64,000 nucleotides of DNA, from NCBI GenBank assembly GCA_963741955.1, contig CAVUKB010000004.1:32001-96000 (forward strand), in the 5' to 3' direction. Each line of letters opens with the position of its first letter. Within the stretch, counting starts at the first letter, position 1. The notes beneath the pieces were generated by a model. The model did not search any database and had not been told where the DNA came from. It worked only from the letters and a program-made list of their open reading frames with translations. This document shows, piece after piece, positions 39,996-50,062 of the stretch. The translations under genes and the position numbers were made by a program. The stretch comes from an uncultured Acidobacteriota bacterium. Its GTDB lineage: Bacteria > Acidobacteriota > Thermoanaerobaculia > Gp7-AA8.

Positions 39996-41078
39996 TCAGT
40001 TGCGGGATGGTTGCGCCACGGCCGTCGCGTCGAACCAGTGCCGCGTCGAAAGGCACATCCGGCAGACCGACAACATCACCGGCACCTCCACCAGCACTCC
40101 CACCACCGTTGCGAGCGCGGCGCCCGAGCCCGGGCCGTAGAGCGCGATCGCAGTCGCCACGGCGAGCTCGAAGAAATTCGAAGCGCCGATCAGAGCTCCC
40201 GGTGCCGCCACCTCGTATGGCACCCGGAACCAGTGCATCAGGGCATACGTCAGCGATGAATTGAAGTAGACCTGGAGAAGGATCGGGATCGCGATCAGGA
40301 GTACGTGAAACCAGCGCGCGGTGATGTTCTCCGCCTGGAACGCGAAAATCAGGACGAGGGTGGCGAGAAGTGCGACGATGGTCACCGGCGCAAACCGCGG
40401 AAGGAATCGCTGCTCGAACCATTCCGTCCCTCTCTTTCGGATCAGCCATGCCCGGCTCGCTCCGCCGAGAGCGAGCGGAATCACCACGAAGATGAGCACC
40501 GAGTCGAGGAGGACGCGAAACGGGACTTCCAGCCCCGTCGTTCCCGCGATCAGAAACGTCACGATCGGCGCGAACGCGACCAGCATGATCAGATCGTTCA
40601 CCGACACCTGCACCAGGGTGTAGGCCGGATCGCCATCGGAGAGATACGACCAGACGAAGACCATCGCGGTACACGGCGCCGCGGCGAGGATGATCACTCC
40701 CGCGGTGTACTGGCTCGCGAGCTCGGGGCCGATGAGCGGAAGGAAGAGATGACGGAAGAAGAGCCACCCGAAAAGCGCCATCGAGAACGGTTTCACCAGC
40801 CAGTTCACGACGAGGGTGATGACCAGCCCCCTCGGGCGCTGTCCCACCCGGACGATCGACCCGAGATCGATCTTCAGCATCATCGGGTAGATCATCAGCC
40901 AGATCAGCACCGCGATCGGAACATTGATGTGGCTCCCGGATCCGAACTCCAGTCGCTGGAGAAGCTGCGTTCCCCCGGAGAAGAGCTTGCCGATCAGCAC
41001 GCCGATGACCATGCACGAGGCCACCCACAGCGAGAGGTAGCGCTCGAAGACGTTCATCTGCCCTGGCTTCGTGCTCAT
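39996..41078 (-). CDS. acr3: ACR3-family arsenite efflux transporter
   Basis: FERYLSLWV, MIYPMM, NWLVKPFSM, APCTAMVFVWS, SNFFELAVA, GVLVEVPVML. Confidence 0.95.
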   Translation of the reverse strand: MSTKPGQMNVFERYLSLWVASCMVIGVLIGKLFSGGTQLLQRLEFGSGSHINVPIAVLIWLMIYPMMLKIDLGSIVRVGQRPRGLVITLVVNWLVKPFSMALFGWLFFRHLFLPLIGPELASQYTAGVIILAAAPCTAMVFVWSYLSDGDPAYTLVQVSVNDLIMLVAFAPIVTFLIAGTTGLEVPFRVLLDSVLIFVVIPLALGGASRAWLIRKRGTEWFEQRFLPRFAPVTIVALLATLVLIFAFQAENITARWFHVLLIAIPILLQVYFNSSLTYALMHWFRVPYEVAAPGALIGASNFFELAVATAIALYGPGSGAALATVVGVLVEVPVMLSVCRMCLSTRHWFDATAVAQPSRN

Positions 41079-41452
41079 CGTTCTAGGTCCCCCGGCGGCG
41101 CGTCTACGGATCCCGATGTGCCCGTTCTCCCGGAGGAGACATCGTCATTTCGGGAATTGCCGAAATAGCGTACGCCATCCCGGCGCGGTTGTGCAACCCG
41201 GCTCGCCGGAGCCTTCGGAGAGGTGAGGCTCGTTCCGTGACAATCGTTGTGGAAGCGCGTATGGTGGAGATACGCTCGGGAACCTTCCTGGGCACTTCAG
41301 TTCATCTGAGCTAAGTCAGATCCTCTGGATTCACTCCCCTTAGCGTTTCCATCCTCTCGAAACGCAGCAGCCCGAATCTCTCATCGGAGAGAGCCGCGTG
41401 CGGCTGCTTCGTGGACGGAGGCCCGGCAATGCAATGCCGGCAGGAGGCTCGG

Positions 41453-41719
41453 ATGAAGCTCTATTTCGGAAATCTTCCAGAACGGGTCCACGACGCTCAG
41501 TTGAGCGATCTGGCCAAACCGTACGGGACCGTCGTCTCGGCGAGTGTCGTTACCGACCACAGCAGCGGTGAGTCGCGGGGTTTCGGCTTCGTGGAGCTCG
41601 GGACTCCGGAGGAGGGGAGGGCGGCCATCGCGGCGCTCGACGGGACCGACATGGATGGACAGACGCTGAAGGTGAACGAAGCGAAACCACGCAAAGACGC
41701 CGGGTTCCGGCGCAACTGA
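41453..41719 (+). CDS. RRM RNA-binding protein
   Basis: KLYFGNL (RNP2), SRGFGFVE (RNP1), LKVNEAKP; RBS AGGAGG. Confidence 0.92.
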   Translation: MKLYFGNLPERVHDAQLSDLAKPYGTVVSASVVTDHSSGESRGFGFVELGTPEEGRAAIAALDGTDMDGQTLKVNEAKPRKDAGFRRN

Positions 41720-41755
41720 TCCGAGGGGACGATGACCATGAGAACGGAGTGTGGG

Positions 41756-41971
41756 ATGAAGATCACTGTCGATGAACGGGTCCCTCAGTTGCGGGAGCGC
41801 CTTCGTGAGCGTCTCGATCGTGTGGCGCGCTTGCGGTGCGAAGACCACCACCAGCCGGTGGTGGCGGTCGCGATTCACGGACTGGAGAACGGATGGTTCG
41901 ACTCGCTCTGGACCACGTGCTGCGAGGCTCTCGAGAGACAGGCTTCCGCCATCGTGAAGAAACGCTGCTGA
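41756..41971 (+). CDS. Small hypothetical protein
   Basis: ORF following the RRM gene with C..H and CC residues; start uncertain. Confidence 0.45.
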   Translation: MKITVDERVPQLRERLRERLDRVARLRCEDHHQPVVAVAIHGLENGWFDSLWTTCCEALERQASAIVKKRC

Positions 41972-41992
41972 CGATCGGTTGATGCGGTGACT

Positions 41993-42430
41993 GTGGGTTG
42001 GAGGTCCCGTCCGATGCAGGGCGACTGTGGGTTGGACGTCCCGTCCGATGCAGGGCGCCCAGGTGGGTTGGACGTCCCGTCCGATGCAGGGCGCCCAAGT
42101 GGGTTGGACGTCCCGTCCGATGCAGGGCGGCGTCCCGCGCCGGCCTGCTCCAGGAGTGATGCGCGGCTCGTCGCGAGTAAGGAGACACGAACGCACCGCG
42201 ACGCGAGAGAAGCGATGCGGGTGCCGTTGACACCATCGCTCCCCGGCAGGATGCCGGGGAGCCTCGCGCAGGATGCGCGACCCACTTTCGCGCGACCCAC
42301 AGGTGCGCGACCCACAGATGCGCGACCCACTTTCGCGCGACCCACAGGATGCGCGACCCACAGGTGCGCGAGCCACAGATGCGCGAGCCACAGGTGCGCG
42401 AGCCACAGGTGCGCGAGCCACAGATGCGCG
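41993..42430. repeat. Expanded variant of the 36.8-kb REP-like unit
   Basis: GTGGGTTGGA(C/G)GTCCCGTCCGATGCAGGGCG x4, one CCCCGGCAGGATGCCGGGG hairpin, GCGCGA(C/G)CCAC about ten times. Confidence 0.88.
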
Positions 42431-42436
42431 CTGCTC

Positions 42437-43855
42437 CTACAGCAACGCTTCGATCACGTCGCGCGCAGAGTAAGAGGTCCGGCCCGGAGCGAGGAAGCGG
42501 CCGATCTCCGTCAGTGCATCGCCGGCCGTGACCAGCGGCTTCTCGATCGAGCCGCCGTTCCTGAGCTGCGGCTGGCCGATATTCGCCAGCAGTGCGTTGC
42601 AGAGGCATTTCCGGCCGACCGTGTCGGCGGGATCGCCGCCCTTCGCGACGTATGTGTCGACCGGTTCGGCGGCGCAGCGATAGCCGATCGCTCCATCTTC
42701 TTTCCGGTACAGCTCCCGGAGAAATCCGAGATCGCAGACGCGCTCCCGAACCGCGTAACCGGCTTCTTCGCTGAGTGAACCTTCGAGCCGGGCGACTTTG
42801 AAAGGAAAACCGGTCGGCGAGGCCAGCCTGTCAGTAAAGACCTGACCCCTTCCGGCGGCGGACTCCCGGAGGATCTCCTCCCGGAATTCCTGTTTCAGCC
42901 CCGACTCTTCGCAGAAAGCGAACGCGGTCCCGATCTGGACACCTTCGGCGCCGAGCTCCAGCGCTTCGTTCAGCTTCTCTCGCGTTGCCTTCCCTCCGGC
43001 GAGCCAGAATGGCACTCCGAGCTCGCGCAGCTTCTCGAGGTCGACCGCGTCCTTTTCGCCGTACACCGGCTCCCCGGCTTCATTCACCTGGAGCTTCCCC
43101 CGAGGAGGCGCATTGTGTCCACCGGCGGTGGGTCCCTCGACCACGAAGCCGTCGATCCGCCCGTTCGAGCGCTTCAGCATCGTCATCGCGAGTACGTTCG
43201 ACGAGATGATCGGAAGAAACTTCGGCCGCTGGAGCTCCGGAAGCTCCAGCCCTCCGGTGAATTCGGTGGGATCGAACTGCACCGTCACCGGTCCGTCTCC
43301 GTTGTTTCCGGTCACCTGCAGCTCGTAACTCGCGGATGCGTGGGTGGCGAACTGGTCGAGGACGCCCGGAATGCGGATCGCGATCCCCGCCCCCATGATC
43401 ACCACCGCCACTCCCGCCAGCATCGCGCCGTAGATCGAGGCGAGGTGGGGGAGCTGGATCTTCTCCAGATAGTTGATGCCGACCGGGTTGGAGTGCCCTT
43501 CGCGCGCCAGGATCACTTCGACGAAGTTCCCCATCACGCAGAGCTCCCGGAGAGACCGGTTCCCGTTCACCGAGTGCATCGGCACCGGGAGATACGGATC
43601 GGTGGGGGCCTTCCCTCCGGGAATGAAGTACTTCCGGCAGATCCGTTCCGCCATCTCGCGGATGGGAAAATTCTCCATGGCCCGGCGGACGTTGCCGTCT
43701 TCGTCCCCATCCTGAAGCCGGCGCGCAAGAAGCGTATCGAGGGCGATTCCCGAGACCACGCCCAACTGCCCGAGCGACGAGACTGCACGAGCGAGTTTCC
43801 AGGACGAGACTCCGGCGCCCATTCCACCTTGAATGATTCGAGGTCGGTCCGACAT
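42437..43855 (-). CDS. Nitronate monooxygenase-like flavoprotein
   Basis: IIQGGMG, GINYLEK, VVEGPTAGGHN, GVQIGTAF, SPTGFPFK. Confidence 0.88.
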   Translation of the reverse strand: MSDRPRIIQGGMGAGVSSWKLARAVSSLGQLGVVSGIALDTLLARRLQDGDEDGNVRRAMENFPIREMAERICRKYFIPGGKAPTDPYLPVPMHSVNGNRSLRELCVMGNFVEVILAREGHSNPVGINYLEKIQLPHLASIYGAMLAGVAVVIMGAGIAIRIPGVLDQFATHASASYELQVTGNNGDGPVTVQFDPTEFTGGLELPELQRPKFLPIISSNVLAMTMLKRSNGRIDGFVVEGPTAGGHNAPPRGKLQVNEAGEPVYGEKDAVDLEKLRELGVPFWLAGGKATREKLNEALELGAEGVQIGTAFAFCEESGLKQEFREEILRESAAGRGQVFTDRLASPTGFPFKVARLEGSLSEEAGYAVRERVCDLGFLRELYRKEDGAIGYRCAAEPVDTYVAKGGDPADTVGRKCLCNALLANIGQPQLRNGGSIEKPLVTAGDALTEIGRFLAPGRTSYSARDVIEALL

Positions 43856-43948
43856 CAGCCGCTCATTATGGACGAGGCTCGTCGCGATGTGCCTGTCGTC
43901 CGTCACACCGGGCCGTGACGCCGGCCTCCGCCCCAAGAGTGCGCCGGA

Positions 43949-44179
43949 TCACCGAAACGACGACATCGCGCGGTGCAGAAGCGACGGATTCGCCTTCGCG
44001 ACGATCCGGACCGCCGGTACGGTCGAGATCGCACCGATCGCAGTGAGTGTCAACCCGGCCGCGAGCCTCCCGCGATCGCTCATGTGACGGCTGGCGAGAA
44101 GCGCAATCCCCGCCCCCAGCATCGCGCGTGTTCCGATGATGAACATCAGTTCCGGCATACTCAGCAATCTGTCCTGCAT
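43949..44179 (-). CDS. Small membrane hypothetical protein
   Basis: Two hydrophobic segments (TRAMLGAGIALL, GLTLTAIGAISTVP); RBS-like GAGG upstream. Confidence 0.6.
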   Translation of the reverse strand: MQDRLLSMPELMFIIGTRAMLGAGIALLASRHMSDRGRLAAGLTLTAIGAISTVPAVRIVAKANPSLLHRAMSSFR

Positions 44180-44384
44180 GGTCGTCCTCTCTTCGCTCGA
44201 GGCGATGCAACCTGGATGACAACCCCGGCCGTCTCAATTTCGGCTCCGCGACGCCTCCCCGCCAGCGATCGAGACGCCCCAACCTCGATGACCGCCGAGC
44301 TCGGCCCGTCGAGGCCCCCTACCTCCACCCGCACCCCCTTTCCTTCGACCATCCGCCGAGGTACCCTCGGGAGTGAGACGAACG

Positions 44385-44594
44385 ATGAAAGAAGTGAAGA
44401 AGAAAGTGGTGGTCCTCGAGGATGGAACCGTCGTCGTCGACGGGGTTCCGGTGAAAAAAGGGGACGAAGTCGAAGTGGTGATCCGGATCGGTGATCCCGT
44501 CGCGCCGGGATATCCGCTCCGGGGACTCCCGGTGCGGTACGTCGACCCGTTCGGTCCGGCGGCCGACGAATCGGAGTGGGACGCGTCGAAGTGA
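44385..44594 (+). CDS. Putative antitoxin
   Basis: 69 aa; GTGA overlap with the PIN gene; acidic C-terminus. Confidence 0.7.
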   Translation: MKEVKKKVVVLEDGTVVVDGVPVKKGDEVEVVIRIGDPVAPGYPLRGLPVRYVDPFGPAADESEWDASK

Positions 44595-45004
44595 TCCTCC
44601 TGGACACCCATATCTGGATCTGGTGGGTGCACGGCGACCTCGCCCTCCCGTCACGCGTTCAGGCTTCCATCGAGCTCCGCTCCGGCGAAGGAATCGCCGT
44701 CAGCGCGATCTCGTGCTGGGAAGTGGCGAAGCTCGTCGAACGGGGACGTCTCGACCTTCCACTCGAGATTCGCGAATGGATGGAGATGGCGCTGTCGGGA
44801 TCGGGCGTCACGATCATTCCGATCTCTCCTTCGATTGCGATCGAGAGTACGACTCTTCCCGGGACGTTCCATCGCGATCCGGCGGATCAGATCATCGTCG
44901 CCACCGCGCGCGTGCACCGCTTCCCGCTCGTCACCTGCGACACGAAAATCCGGAGCTACCCGCATGTTTCGCTCGTGGAGGACATGCAGATTCACGACGG
45001 CTGA
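44591..45004 (+). CDS. vapC: VapC-family PIN toxin
   Basis: ILLDTHIWIWW, SAISCWEV, HRDPADQIIVATA, LVTCD. Confidence 0.92.
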   Translation: MILLDTHIWIWWVHGDLALPSRVQASIELRSGEGIAVSAISCWEVAKLVERGRLDLPLEIREWMEMALSGSGVTIIPISPSIAIESTTLPGTFHRDPADQIIVATARVHRFPLVTCDTKIRSYPHVSLVEDMQIHDG

Positions 45005-45036
45005 CGTGGGCGGACACGCGCTTTGCGCGGCTTTAG

Positions 45037-45213
45037 CCCGCATTTCTCACACCATCTCTGCTGCGGAGACGGATAGCGGCCTGTCTGCTGCGTTGCGCCC
45101 GGCTTCGGCTCCTCGACATAGTCACCACTATGCCTTCGTTGCCGAAGCCGGGCGCGCCTTGCATCCAAGCCACTCTCCGCCTCCTCGCAACGAGGCGGTG
45201 TGAGAATTGCGGG
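45037..45213 (+). mobile_element. MITE-A copy (177 bp) with TTAG duplication
   Basis: TTAG at 45033-45036 and 45214-45217 flanking the TIRs. Confidence 0.88.
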
Positions 45214-45462
45214 TTAGATGATCGTGCGTTCGGGCACGTCATCGCCCGACGCGACGATGACAATCGGGTCATTCGATTCGCCAAAACTGCTGACGCCGGC
45301 ATTTTCGTGCGCTATAGTCGCCTCGCGCGTCCCGTCGCCGGTGATGCCCGCCCACATCGGGCAGAACCCGTCTCGCGCACGAACGGAGCCGCCCTCCGAT
45401 CCATCGAAGGGCGTTTCGCTCGCCTGACGGAAGATCGCCCGACGGAGGGAAACGGATTACAG

Positions 45463-47307
45463 ATGTGTGGGATCGCGTCACTCTTCGTCTACGGTGAAAC
45501 GTCTGATTGCGTCGATTCCGATGAGCTGATCCGGATTCGGGAGGCGATGAGCCCGAGAGGGCCCGACGGATCGGGGCTCTGGATCTCTCCCGACCGGCGC
45601 ACCGGCCTCGCGCACCGCCGCCTCAAGATCATCGATCTCTCCGAAGCGGCGGCCCAGCCGATGGCGGCCGGCCCGCTGACCATCGTCTTCAACGGTGAGA
45701 TCTTCAACTACCGCGAGCTGCGGGGCGAGCTCGAACGCGAAGGAGTGACGTTTCGCAGCCATTCCGACACGGAAGTCCTCCTCCGACTGTACGAGCGGTA
45801 CGGCGCCGACGCGCTCCGCCGTCTGCGCGGGATGTTCGCCTTCGTGGTGTGGGATGAACGAACCCGGTCGCTCTTCGCCGCCCGCGATCCATTCGGGATC
45901 AAACCGCTCTACTACTTCGACGACGGGAGCACCATTCGAATCGCGTCGCAGGTCAAGGCGCTTCGCGCCGGTGGGGCCGTTGGGAGTTCCGTCGAGCCCG
46001 CGGGAGTGGCCGGTTTTCTCCTGATGGGAGTCGTTCCGGAGCCCTTCACCATGTATCGCGACGTCCGGGCCCTTCCCGCAGGGTCGTTTCTCCGTGTCTC
46101 TGCGGACGGCGTCCGCGAGACCCCGTACTACGTTCTGGCCGAGAAGTTCCGCAACGCGGTTCTCGACGCCACGGATCTCGATGACGAGAGCTCCGGGAGG
46201 ATCCTGAACGAGACCATTCGCGAGAGTGTGGCCGCTCATCTCGTCTCGGATGTGCCGGTCGGCGTCTTCCTTTCCGGCGGTCTCGACTCGAGCTCCGTCA
46301 CCGGTGTGATCCGTGACCTCACGGACGGAGAGATCCCGACGCTCACCGTCGGCTTCAGCGAATACGCCGGACGTCAGACCGATGAGACCCCGTACGCGCG
46401 GGAAGCCGCGGAGCTGTACCGCACGTCTCATTCGACCAGGATCGTCACCCGTGAAGAGTTCGAGGCGTCGCTCCCGGAGATCTTCTCCGCGATGGACCAG
46501 CCGTCGATCGACGGCGTGAACAGCTGGTTCGTCAGCCTCGCCGCGCGCGAGCTCGGATGGAAGACCGCGATCTCCGGAACCGGAGGAGACGAGTTGTTCG
46601 GCGGCTATCACTCTTTCCGCAAGATTCCCCGGCGGGTCCGTCTGCTCTCGCTTCCGGCCCGCATTCCGGGAGCCGGCGATCTCCTCTGGCGCCTGGTCGA
46701 GCCGATCGCCAGGCGTTCCTCGAAGGTGAACCCACGCATCGGCGCGATGCTCAAGTACGGCGGGTCGTACGGAGGGGCGTATCTGATCAAGAGGGGACTC
46801 TTCATGCCCGAAGAGCTCGGATCGATCATGGGTGACGAGGCCGCGGCAGAGGGGCTGGCGCGGCTCGGAACCATCGACTTCATCTCACGCGAGCTCGATC
46901 CCGATCCCGGAACGCCGTCCACCCGGGTTGCCGTCCTCGAGATGCGACTCTTTCTCCGCAACCGGCTTCTCAGGGACATCGACTGGGCCAGCATGGCGCA
47001 CGGACTCGAAGTGAGAGTCCCGCTGATCGACGTTCCGCTTTTCGAGCGGCTCCTGCCGATCATCGTGAAACATCCCGGGTGGGCCAAACATCTCCTCACC
47101 GGCGTTCCCACCCGTGGCGTCCCGCAGTCGCTGCTCACGCGCCGGAAGACGGGGTTCAACGTTCCCATCCGGCAGTGGGCACGTGAAGCGAAGGAGCGGC
47201 GTCCGGAATTCGGGAACCGCTCCTGGGCGCGCCGGATCTACGAGGAGCAGATCCTCGGCGCATCGAATCCCTCCTTCGATCCGGTTCGCGAGCTGATCGA
47301 GGCGTAA
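45463..47307 (+). CDS. asnB: Asparagine synthase (glutamine-hydrolyzing) family amidotransferase
   Basis: MCGI start, RGPD, HRRLKIIDL, FNGEIFN, SDTEV, LSGGLDSS, SGTGGDELFGGY. Confidence 0.93.
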   Translation: MCGIASLFVYGETSDCVDSDELIRIREAMSPRGPDGSGLWISPDRRTGLAHRRLKIIDLSEAAAQPMAAGPLTIVFNGEIFNYRELRGELEREGVTFRSHSDTEVLLRLYERYGADALRRLRGMFAFVVWDERTRSLFAARDPFGIKPLYYFDDGSTIRIASQVKALRAGGAVGSSVEPAGVAGFLLMGVVPEPFTMYRDVRALPAGSFLRVSADGVRETPYYVLAEKFRNAVLDATDLDDESSGRILNETIRESVAAHLVSDVPVGVFLSGGLDSSSVTGVIRDLTDGEIPTLTVGFSEYAGRQTDETPYAREAAELYRTSHSTRIVTREEFEASLPEIFSAMDQPSIDGVNSWFVSLAARELGWKTAISGTGGDELFGGYHSFRKIPRRVRLLSLPARIPGAGDLLWRLVEPIARRSSKVNPRIGAMLKYGGSYGGAYLIKRGLFMPEELGSIMGDEAAAEGLARLGTIDFISRELDPDPGTPSTRVAVLEMRLFLRNRLLRDIDWASMAHGLEVRVPLIDVPLFERLLPIIVKHPGWAKHLLTGVPTRGVPQSLLTRRKTGFNVPIRQWAREAKERRPEFGNRSWARRIYEEQILGASNPSFDPVRELIEA

Positions 47308-47347
47308 GCCGTCATTCCCGCGAGAGGCGTCTCGATTCGCGCCAGGA

Positions 47348-48349
47348 TCACTCCTGACTCTGCTGCCTGTCGATCTCTTTCAGCTCGTGACGGATCGTAT
47401 CGAGAATGCGCTGATCCGAATCGATGGCGAGCTGGATCAACGGGGGCATCGGACCGTATCCGCGGTACACGACGACGAAGCGATCCAGCCGGAACGCGAC
47501 TGCACGGCCGAAGTGGCGATCCTCACCGGTGAGGTTTTCTTCGCCCAGATTCGGCACCTGGTCGAGGAGGCGTCCATTGGTGACGAAGAAAGTCCGCAAC
47601 TGCTGAAGGATTTCTCCCGCTTCCTCTTTGCCCGCGGCGGCGACGATCACTCCGTCTGCCTGCTGGTCGTTCACTTTGAATGATGCGGTGAACGCGTGAT
47701 TCAGATACGGCTGCCCGAGCGCCGGTCCGGCCTGGTACGCTTCACTGTGAGCGACGCGGGAGCCTTCCGGAAAAAAGCGGAAGACCGCGGGAAGAGTGCC
47801 GGCCGCCGCCATCGACGAGGTCACGGTCCGCGCGAGCGCGAGAAGAGGTTTCTGATCCGCGCCCGACGCGCCGATGATCCGCACGTAGAAAGCCCCTCGC
47901 CAGATGTGGATCGAATGCGGCCCGGTGAAGGACTGATCGGGGATGTCCAGAAACGAAACGACGTTCTTCCGGCGCGTCGAGTAGGCGCCGAAGGCCTGGA
48001 TGAAATCGGGGAAGCGGAAGACCTCCAGCGTCGCGAATCCTCCCGGTTCCGTACTGACGTAGTTCCCCACGGTCAGATCGAGCAGGCCGTAGGCGAGAAA
48101 ATGGTTCGCGTCGGAACCGAGGTATTGCGCTGCTGATTTTGCCGGGAAGACGAGCACTTCGTCGCGCAGCGACCATCCTTTCACTTCCTCCTCCCGCGGC
48201 ACGTACTGGAGGCTGGGGGAGTCGATGTGCGCGAAGTCCTGGTACTGCGGGCCGGAAGGGGTCTCCGCTGGAAGAGGCGCTTCGCGGCCGCCGCAGCCGC
48301 AGACGAGCAGCAGGAGGGCGACGGCCGCGATTCCGCGGATCCGTGTCAA
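47348..48349 (-). CDS. Hypothetical lipoprotein (DUF6599-like)
   Basis: TTG start overlapping the pepA stop; LLLLVCGC lipobox; AFGAYS, WRGAFYVRI. Confidence 0.6.
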   Translation of the reverse strand: MTRIRGIAAVALLLLVCGCGGREAPLPAETPSGPQYQDFAHIDSPSLQYVPREEEVKGWSLRDEVLVFPAKSAAQYLGSDANHFLAYGLLDLTVGNYVSTEPGGFATLEVFRFPDFIQAFGAYSTRRKNVVSFLDIPDQSFTGPHSIHIWRGAFYVRIIGASGADQKPLLALARTVTSSMAAAGTLPAVFRFFPEGSRVAHSEAYQAGPALGQPYLNHAFTASFKVNDQQADGVIVAAAGKEEAGEILQQLRTFFVTNGRLLDQVPNLGEENLTGEDRHFGRAVAFRLDRFVVVYRGYGPMPPLIQLAIDSDQRILDTIRHELKEIDRQQSQE

Positions 48350-49821
48350 CTCGCGAGCGAACGAAGGAATCCGACCGTCGCACGGACGCCCGCACCCGTC
48401 GCGCCCTTCACTTCGCGCGCGGTCTCGTTGTCGGCCCATGCGGTCCCTGCGATGTCCAGGTGCGCCCAGGAGGGGACGTCGACGAACTCCTCGAGGAATA
48501 CCGCCGCGGTGATCGCTCCTCCCCATCGGCCGCCGGAGTTCTTCATGTCCGCCCATTCGCTTCGGATCAGTTCCTTGTACTCGTTCCATTCCGGAAGACG
48601 CCAGAGCCGTTCGCCGCATTTGTCGCCTTCTTCAATCAACTTCCGAGCCAGCTCATCGTCGTTCGAGAAAAGGCCCGACGATTCGTTCCCCAGCGCGACC
48701 ACGCAGGCGCCGGTCAGCGTCGCGAAATCGATCAGGTGATCGGGCTTCTGCTGTGAGGCCCAGTAGAGTGCGTCGGAGAGGATCATCCGTCCCTCCGCAT
48801 CGGTGTTCACGATCTCGACCGTCTTCCCCGACATGGTGGTGATGATGTCTCCCGGCTTGTAGGCGTTCCCTCCGGGAAGGTTCTCGGTCGAAGGGATGGC
48901 GCCGATGATCCGCACCGGAAGCTCGAGCCTGGCTGCCGCTTCGATGATGCCGATCACCGCGGCAGCGCCGCACATGTCGAACTTCATGTCCTCCATCTTC
49001 TCGGCGGGCTTGATCGAGATTCCACCGGAATCGAACGTGATTCCCTTGCCGACGAGCGCGACCGTGCGAGTCGCCTTCTTCGGCGCATACTCCAGCACGA
49101 TGAACCGCGGCTCCTGGGCCGATCCGCGGTTGACGGCCAGGAGGCCGCCCATCTTCATCTTCTCGATCGCCTTCTTGTCGTAGATGGTGCATTTGACCCC
49201 GGCCGATTGGGCGACTTCGCGAGCCCGCTCGGCGAGCCGCGCGGGGGTCATCTCGTTCCCCGGAGCATTGCCGAGGTCCCGAGCGGTCTCGACGGCGGCG
49301 GAGAGAATTGCTGCCTCCTCCGTCATCGCCTTTGCCTGTTTCGCGTCGACTTCCGCCGGAGCGAGGAGGACGCAGCGGATCGACGGACGCTTCTTCGAGT
49401 CGTCGGCGGTGAGGTAGCGGTCGTACTTGTAGTCCGACTGTCCGAGCCAGTCGGCGAGTAGCCGGGTCGTCGAGGCCGGGTCGAGATGGGCGAGGACGTA
49501 AGGGAACCATACTGCGATCGAGCCGTCCCGATTGCGGCGGGCCGTCTTCGCCACTGCATAGACGGCGCCTCGAACGGATCGCTGTGAAAGGGATTCTTCC
49601 TTTCCGAGCCCGACCAGGGTGATCTTCTTCGGCTCTTTTGAAAGGAGGGCGATCGACTCCTCGCTGCGGCCGGTGAAGGCTGAATGCCCGACCGCAGATT
49701 CGACCTCCTTACGGAGAGCCGCAGGAAGGTGCGAGAGCGAGCGCCGGTCGTCTTCGGCGAGCAGGATGAAAAGATTCTCGGTCTTCGAGAGCTTCGGGTC
49801 CCGTTGAATTTCTACGTGCAA
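48346..49821 (-). CDS. pepA: Leucyl aminopeptidase (M17)
   Basis: VGKGITFDSGG, MKFDMCG, NTDAEGR, ATLTGA, HLDIAG. Confidence 0.95.
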   Translation of the reverse strand: MHVEIQRDPKLSKTENLFILLAEDDRRSLSHLPAALRKEVESAVGHSAFTGRSEESIALLSKEPKKITLVGLGKEESLSQRSVRGAVYAVAKTARRNRDGSIAVWFPYVLAHLDPASTTRLLADWLGQSDYKYDRYLTADDSKKRPSIRCVLLAPAEVDAKQAKAMTEEAAILSAAVETARDLGNAPGNEMTPARLAERAREVAQSAGVKCTIYDKKAIEKMKMGGLLAVNRGSAQEPRFIVLEYAPKKATRTVALVGKGITFDSGGISIKPAEKMEDMKFDMCGAAAVIGIIEAAARLELPVRIIGAIPSTENLPGGNAYKPGDIITTMSGKTVEIVNTDAEGRMILSDALYWASQQKPDHLIDFATLTGACVVALGNESSGLFSNDDELARKLIEEGDKCGERLWRLPEWNEYKELIRSEWADMKNSGGRWGGAITAAVFLEEFVDVPSWAHLDIAGTAWADNETAREVKGATGAGVRATVGFLRSLAS

Positions 49822-50062
49822 GGTCTACCTCCTGATGACGATTGCCGTGACCGGTTCGCCCCCTTCGTGACCGTTCCGGACCGGCGGGATTGTATCAGTA
49901 GCCGGTTACGGGTTCCGAGTCGAAGTCGCCGGCAATGGCCGGCTCACGGCCGGGAAGTGGCGCGCCACCTGGCGTCACATTTGCTGAAGTCGCTCGCGGA
50001 GGTGTCGTTCTGCGGTATCTTCGCCTCGGTTCCCGCAAAGCGGGATCCGCAGAGGTTCGTTC

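Noticed and set aside
41080-41450. Possible riboswitch or arsR between acr3 and the RRM gene
   Set aside because: No recognisable riboswitch consensus or ArsR-like ORF by eye; an Infernal/Rfam scan would be needed.
41993-42130. CRISPR-like run of ~30-bp repeats
   Set aside because: Spacers are only ~4-6 bp, no cas genes are present, and the motif is part of the REP-like unit seen at 36.8 kb.
45463-47307. Lasso peptide cyclase
   Set aside because: Has an intact N-terminal Cys glutaminase domain (MCGI), and no precursor, B1/B2 or PqqD genes are nearby.
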